Both the position numbers and the translations under genes were made by a program. From NCBI GenBank assembly GCA_963733035.1, contig CAVTBU010000005.1, positions 544,001 to 608,000 of the forward strand: a stretch of DNA of 64,000 bases. Reading direction: 5' to 3'. Below the pieces are notes generated by a model. That model ran no database searches. It was not told where the DNA came from and was given only the letters and a program-made list of their open reading frames with translations. Positions 61,919 to 64,000 of this stretch are shown piece by piece (position 1 is the first letter of the stretch; each line of letters begins with the position of its first letter). This DNA comes from Pirellulales bacterium. Its GTDB lineage: Bacteria > Planctomycetota > Planctomycetia > Pirellulales > PALSA-1355.

Positions 61919-64000
61919 TTATGACTCGCTTGTCTGCGCTGGATGGTCAGCGCCAGCACCGTGAGCCGCGCCGTTCTCGGAAGCTCGGCCGTTGCCAGCC
62001 ATGTCGTCCGACGCGTCGCCGCGCAAGGCCAAAAACTCTTCCTGGCTGCGATGCGGTAGTTGTCCGTCGGGCGCCGCGCGATAGTAAATGCCGTCGGCAT
62101 GCAATACCCGCGTCCGCATGTTGTCGCGCTGGTAGATGGGAATGATTTCGTGCAGCACGCGCCGCTTCAATTCTGGCGCCTCGATGGGAAACATAACTTC
62201 GACGCGGCGGTGAAAATTGCGCGGCATCCAGTCGGCACTCGATAAAAACACCTGCGCCTCGTCGCCGGGGCCGAACACGTAAATGCGGCTATGTTCCAAG
62301 AAACGGTCGACGATGCTCGTGACGCGGATGTTTTCGGAGATGCCCGGCAAGCCCGGCCGCAGGCAGCAGATCCCCCGCACCAACAGTTCGACCGGCACGC
62401 CTGCCTGGCTGGCTCGATACAGCGCCTCGATGACGCGGTAATCAACCAGGGCATTGAGCTTGGCGTAAATCCACGCCGGACGTCCCTCGCGAGCCCGTGC
62501 CGTCTGCTCCTCGATCAGCTCCATCGTTCGCACGTGCATGTGCTCGGGCGCCACGACGAGCTTGCGCCAGGGATGACCCTGCGAGTAACCGGTCAGCAGA
62601 TTAAAAAGCGCCGAGGCATCTTCGCCAAAATCCTCGTCTGCGGTGAACAGCCCCAGGTCCGTGTATTGCAAGGCGGTGTTTTGGTTGTAGTTGCCCGTGC
62701 CCAAATGCACGTAGCGCCGCAGGGTGTTGCCTTCCTGACGCACGACAAGCGAAACCTTGCAATGCGTCTTCAGATCCAGGAATCCAAACACGACGTGTAC
62801 GCCCGAGCGTTCCATCTGGCGGGCCCAGCCGACATTCCGCTCCTCGTCGAAGCGGGCTTTGAGTTCCACGAGCGCGGTGACATGCTTGCCATTTTCCGCC
62901 GCTTGCATCAAGGCCCGCGTAATCGGCGAGTCGGCCGTGATTCGATACAGCGTTTGTTTGATGGCCAGCACTTTCGGATCTTTCGCCGCGGCCGCCACGA
63001 ACTCAACCACGGGATCAAACGAGTCGAACGGATGATGGAGCAGAATGTCGTGCTGTGCAATCGCGCCAAAAAGTTCCTCGCCGCGCCGCGAACGCAGCCA
63101 CCGGGGCCGCTGCGGCGTAAACGAGGCCGCCCGCAGGTAGTCTCGATTCGGCACGGAGTACAGCTCCATCATCCCAGTCAGGTCGAGTGGCCCGGGAATG
63201 CGATACACTTCGCTGTAAGCATCGGGCGTGCCGTCGCCCATGTCGCGCAGTGATTCCTCCGCCACGATCTTCTGCACGAGTTCCTCGTTGGCGCCGGTGG
63301 CCACTTCCAGCCGCACCGCGTCGCCGCGCTGTCGGGCCTTGAGCCGTTCCTCGATCAACCGCAACATGTCGTCCGACTCTTGCTCGAGCAGTTCAATGTC
63401 GCTGTCGCGGGTGACGCGAAACGTCGTATAGTGCAAGGTATCAAACCCGCCGAACAGGTCGGGCAGCCGCGCCGCCACGGCATCTTCCAGCAGAATAAAA
63501 TCAAGCTCGTCGGCGCGCCCACCTGCACGAAACGCGGCAAGACTTGCGGCAACTGCACTACCGCGAACAGTTCGCGCGGCCCCAGACCGTGTCGGCGGCG
63601 CAGCATCGCTCCCAAGTAAAGCTGGCGATTGTGAAAGTGCGGGCTGGGATGGCTGGGATCGATCGCCATCGGCGTGAGGATCGGAAAGGCCCGGGTATGA
63701 AAAAATCGGTCGAGCGATTCGCGGTGCCCTTCGGTCAGTTCGTCCTGCGAGAGCAGGCGAATGCCCTCGGCCACCAACTGCGGCCGCACCAACTCGTTCC
63801 AGCAGCGATATTGCGCCGAAACCAGTTCCTGTGTCTTCTGCGAGACGCGCTGCAACTGCGTGATGGCTCGCAACCCGTCCGGGGTATAGTCCTGCGGAGC
63901 GCCGTCGCCAAAGGCCTGTTCGCGCAGCCCCGCCACGCGAACCATGAAAAATTCGTCGAGGTTTGAGCTGAAGATCGAGAGGAATTTGACCCGTTCGAGC
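61919..64000 (-). CDS. ppk1: Polyphosphate kinase 1 (5' end outside window; frameshift ~63515)
   Basis: FLSIFSSNLDEFFMVRVAGL, LLHHPFDSF, IKQTLYR, ELKARFDE, HLGTGNYN, RFLEHSR, SADWMPRN. Confidence 0.95.
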   Translation of the reverse strand, partial: ARTGQIPLDLQLKPRRIFHGSRGGAARTGLWRRRSAGLYPGRVASHHAVAARLAEDTGTGFGAISLLERVGAAAVGGRGHSPALAGRTDRRAPRIARPIFSYPGLSDPHADGDRSQPSQPALSQSPALLGSDAAPPTRSGAARTVRGSAVAASLAAFRAGGRADELDFILLEDAVAARLPDLFGGFDTLHYTTFRVTRDSDIELLEQESDDMLRLIEERLKARQRGDAVRLEVATGANEELVQKIVAEESLRDMGDGTPDAYSEVYRIPGPLDLTGMMELYSVPNRDYLRAASFTPQRPRWLRSRRGEELFGAIAQHDILLHHPFDSFDPVVEFVAAAAKDPKVLAIKQTLYRITADSPITRALMQAAENGKHVTALVELKARFDEERNVGWARQMERSGVHVVFGFLDLKTHCKVSLVVRQEGNTLRRYVHLGTGNYNQNTALQYTDLGLFTADEDFGEDASALFNLLTGYSQGHPWRKLVVAPEHMHVRTMELIEEQTARAREGRPAWIYAKLNALVDYRVIEALYRASQAGVPVELLVRGICCLRPGLPGISENIRVTSIVDRFLEHSRIYVFGPGDEAQVFLSSADWMPRNFHRRVEVMFPIEAPELKRRVLHEIIPIYQRDNMRTRVLHADGIYYRAAPDGQLPHRSQEEFLALRGDASDDMAGNGRASENGAAHGAGADHPAQTSES

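Overview
GC-rich bacterial chromosomal segment, almost certainly Planctomycetota (Pirellulales-like). Evidence: a DUF1549/DUF1553 + DUF1501 pair, a TIGR03067 protein, and an RNase P RNA with the planctomycete-type extra helix. It holds about 47 protein genes (many transporters, a CzcCBA-type RND efflux set, a TolC/multicopper oxidase/DUF4396 copper cluster, a Ser/Thr kinase, an HD-domain dNTPase-like gene, partial ppk1), rnpB and tRNA-Val(TAC). No integrase, transposase, phage gene or CRISPR array was seen. About 12 genes carry single indels, most likely long-read consensus errors. Best leads: (1) a putative choline-scavenging operon (secreted alpha/beta-hydrolase, transporter resembling animal CHT1/SLC5A7, phosphatidylcholine synthase); (2) an unexplained, highly structured ~640-bp intergenic region at 60.75-61.4 kb that looks like a non-coding RNA; (3) an exact ATTAC-N6-GTAAT (CzcR-type) box in an internal promoter of the efflux operon; (4) two candidate planctomycete nucleoid proteins. 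All family assignments come from motif recognition by eye; no searches were run.
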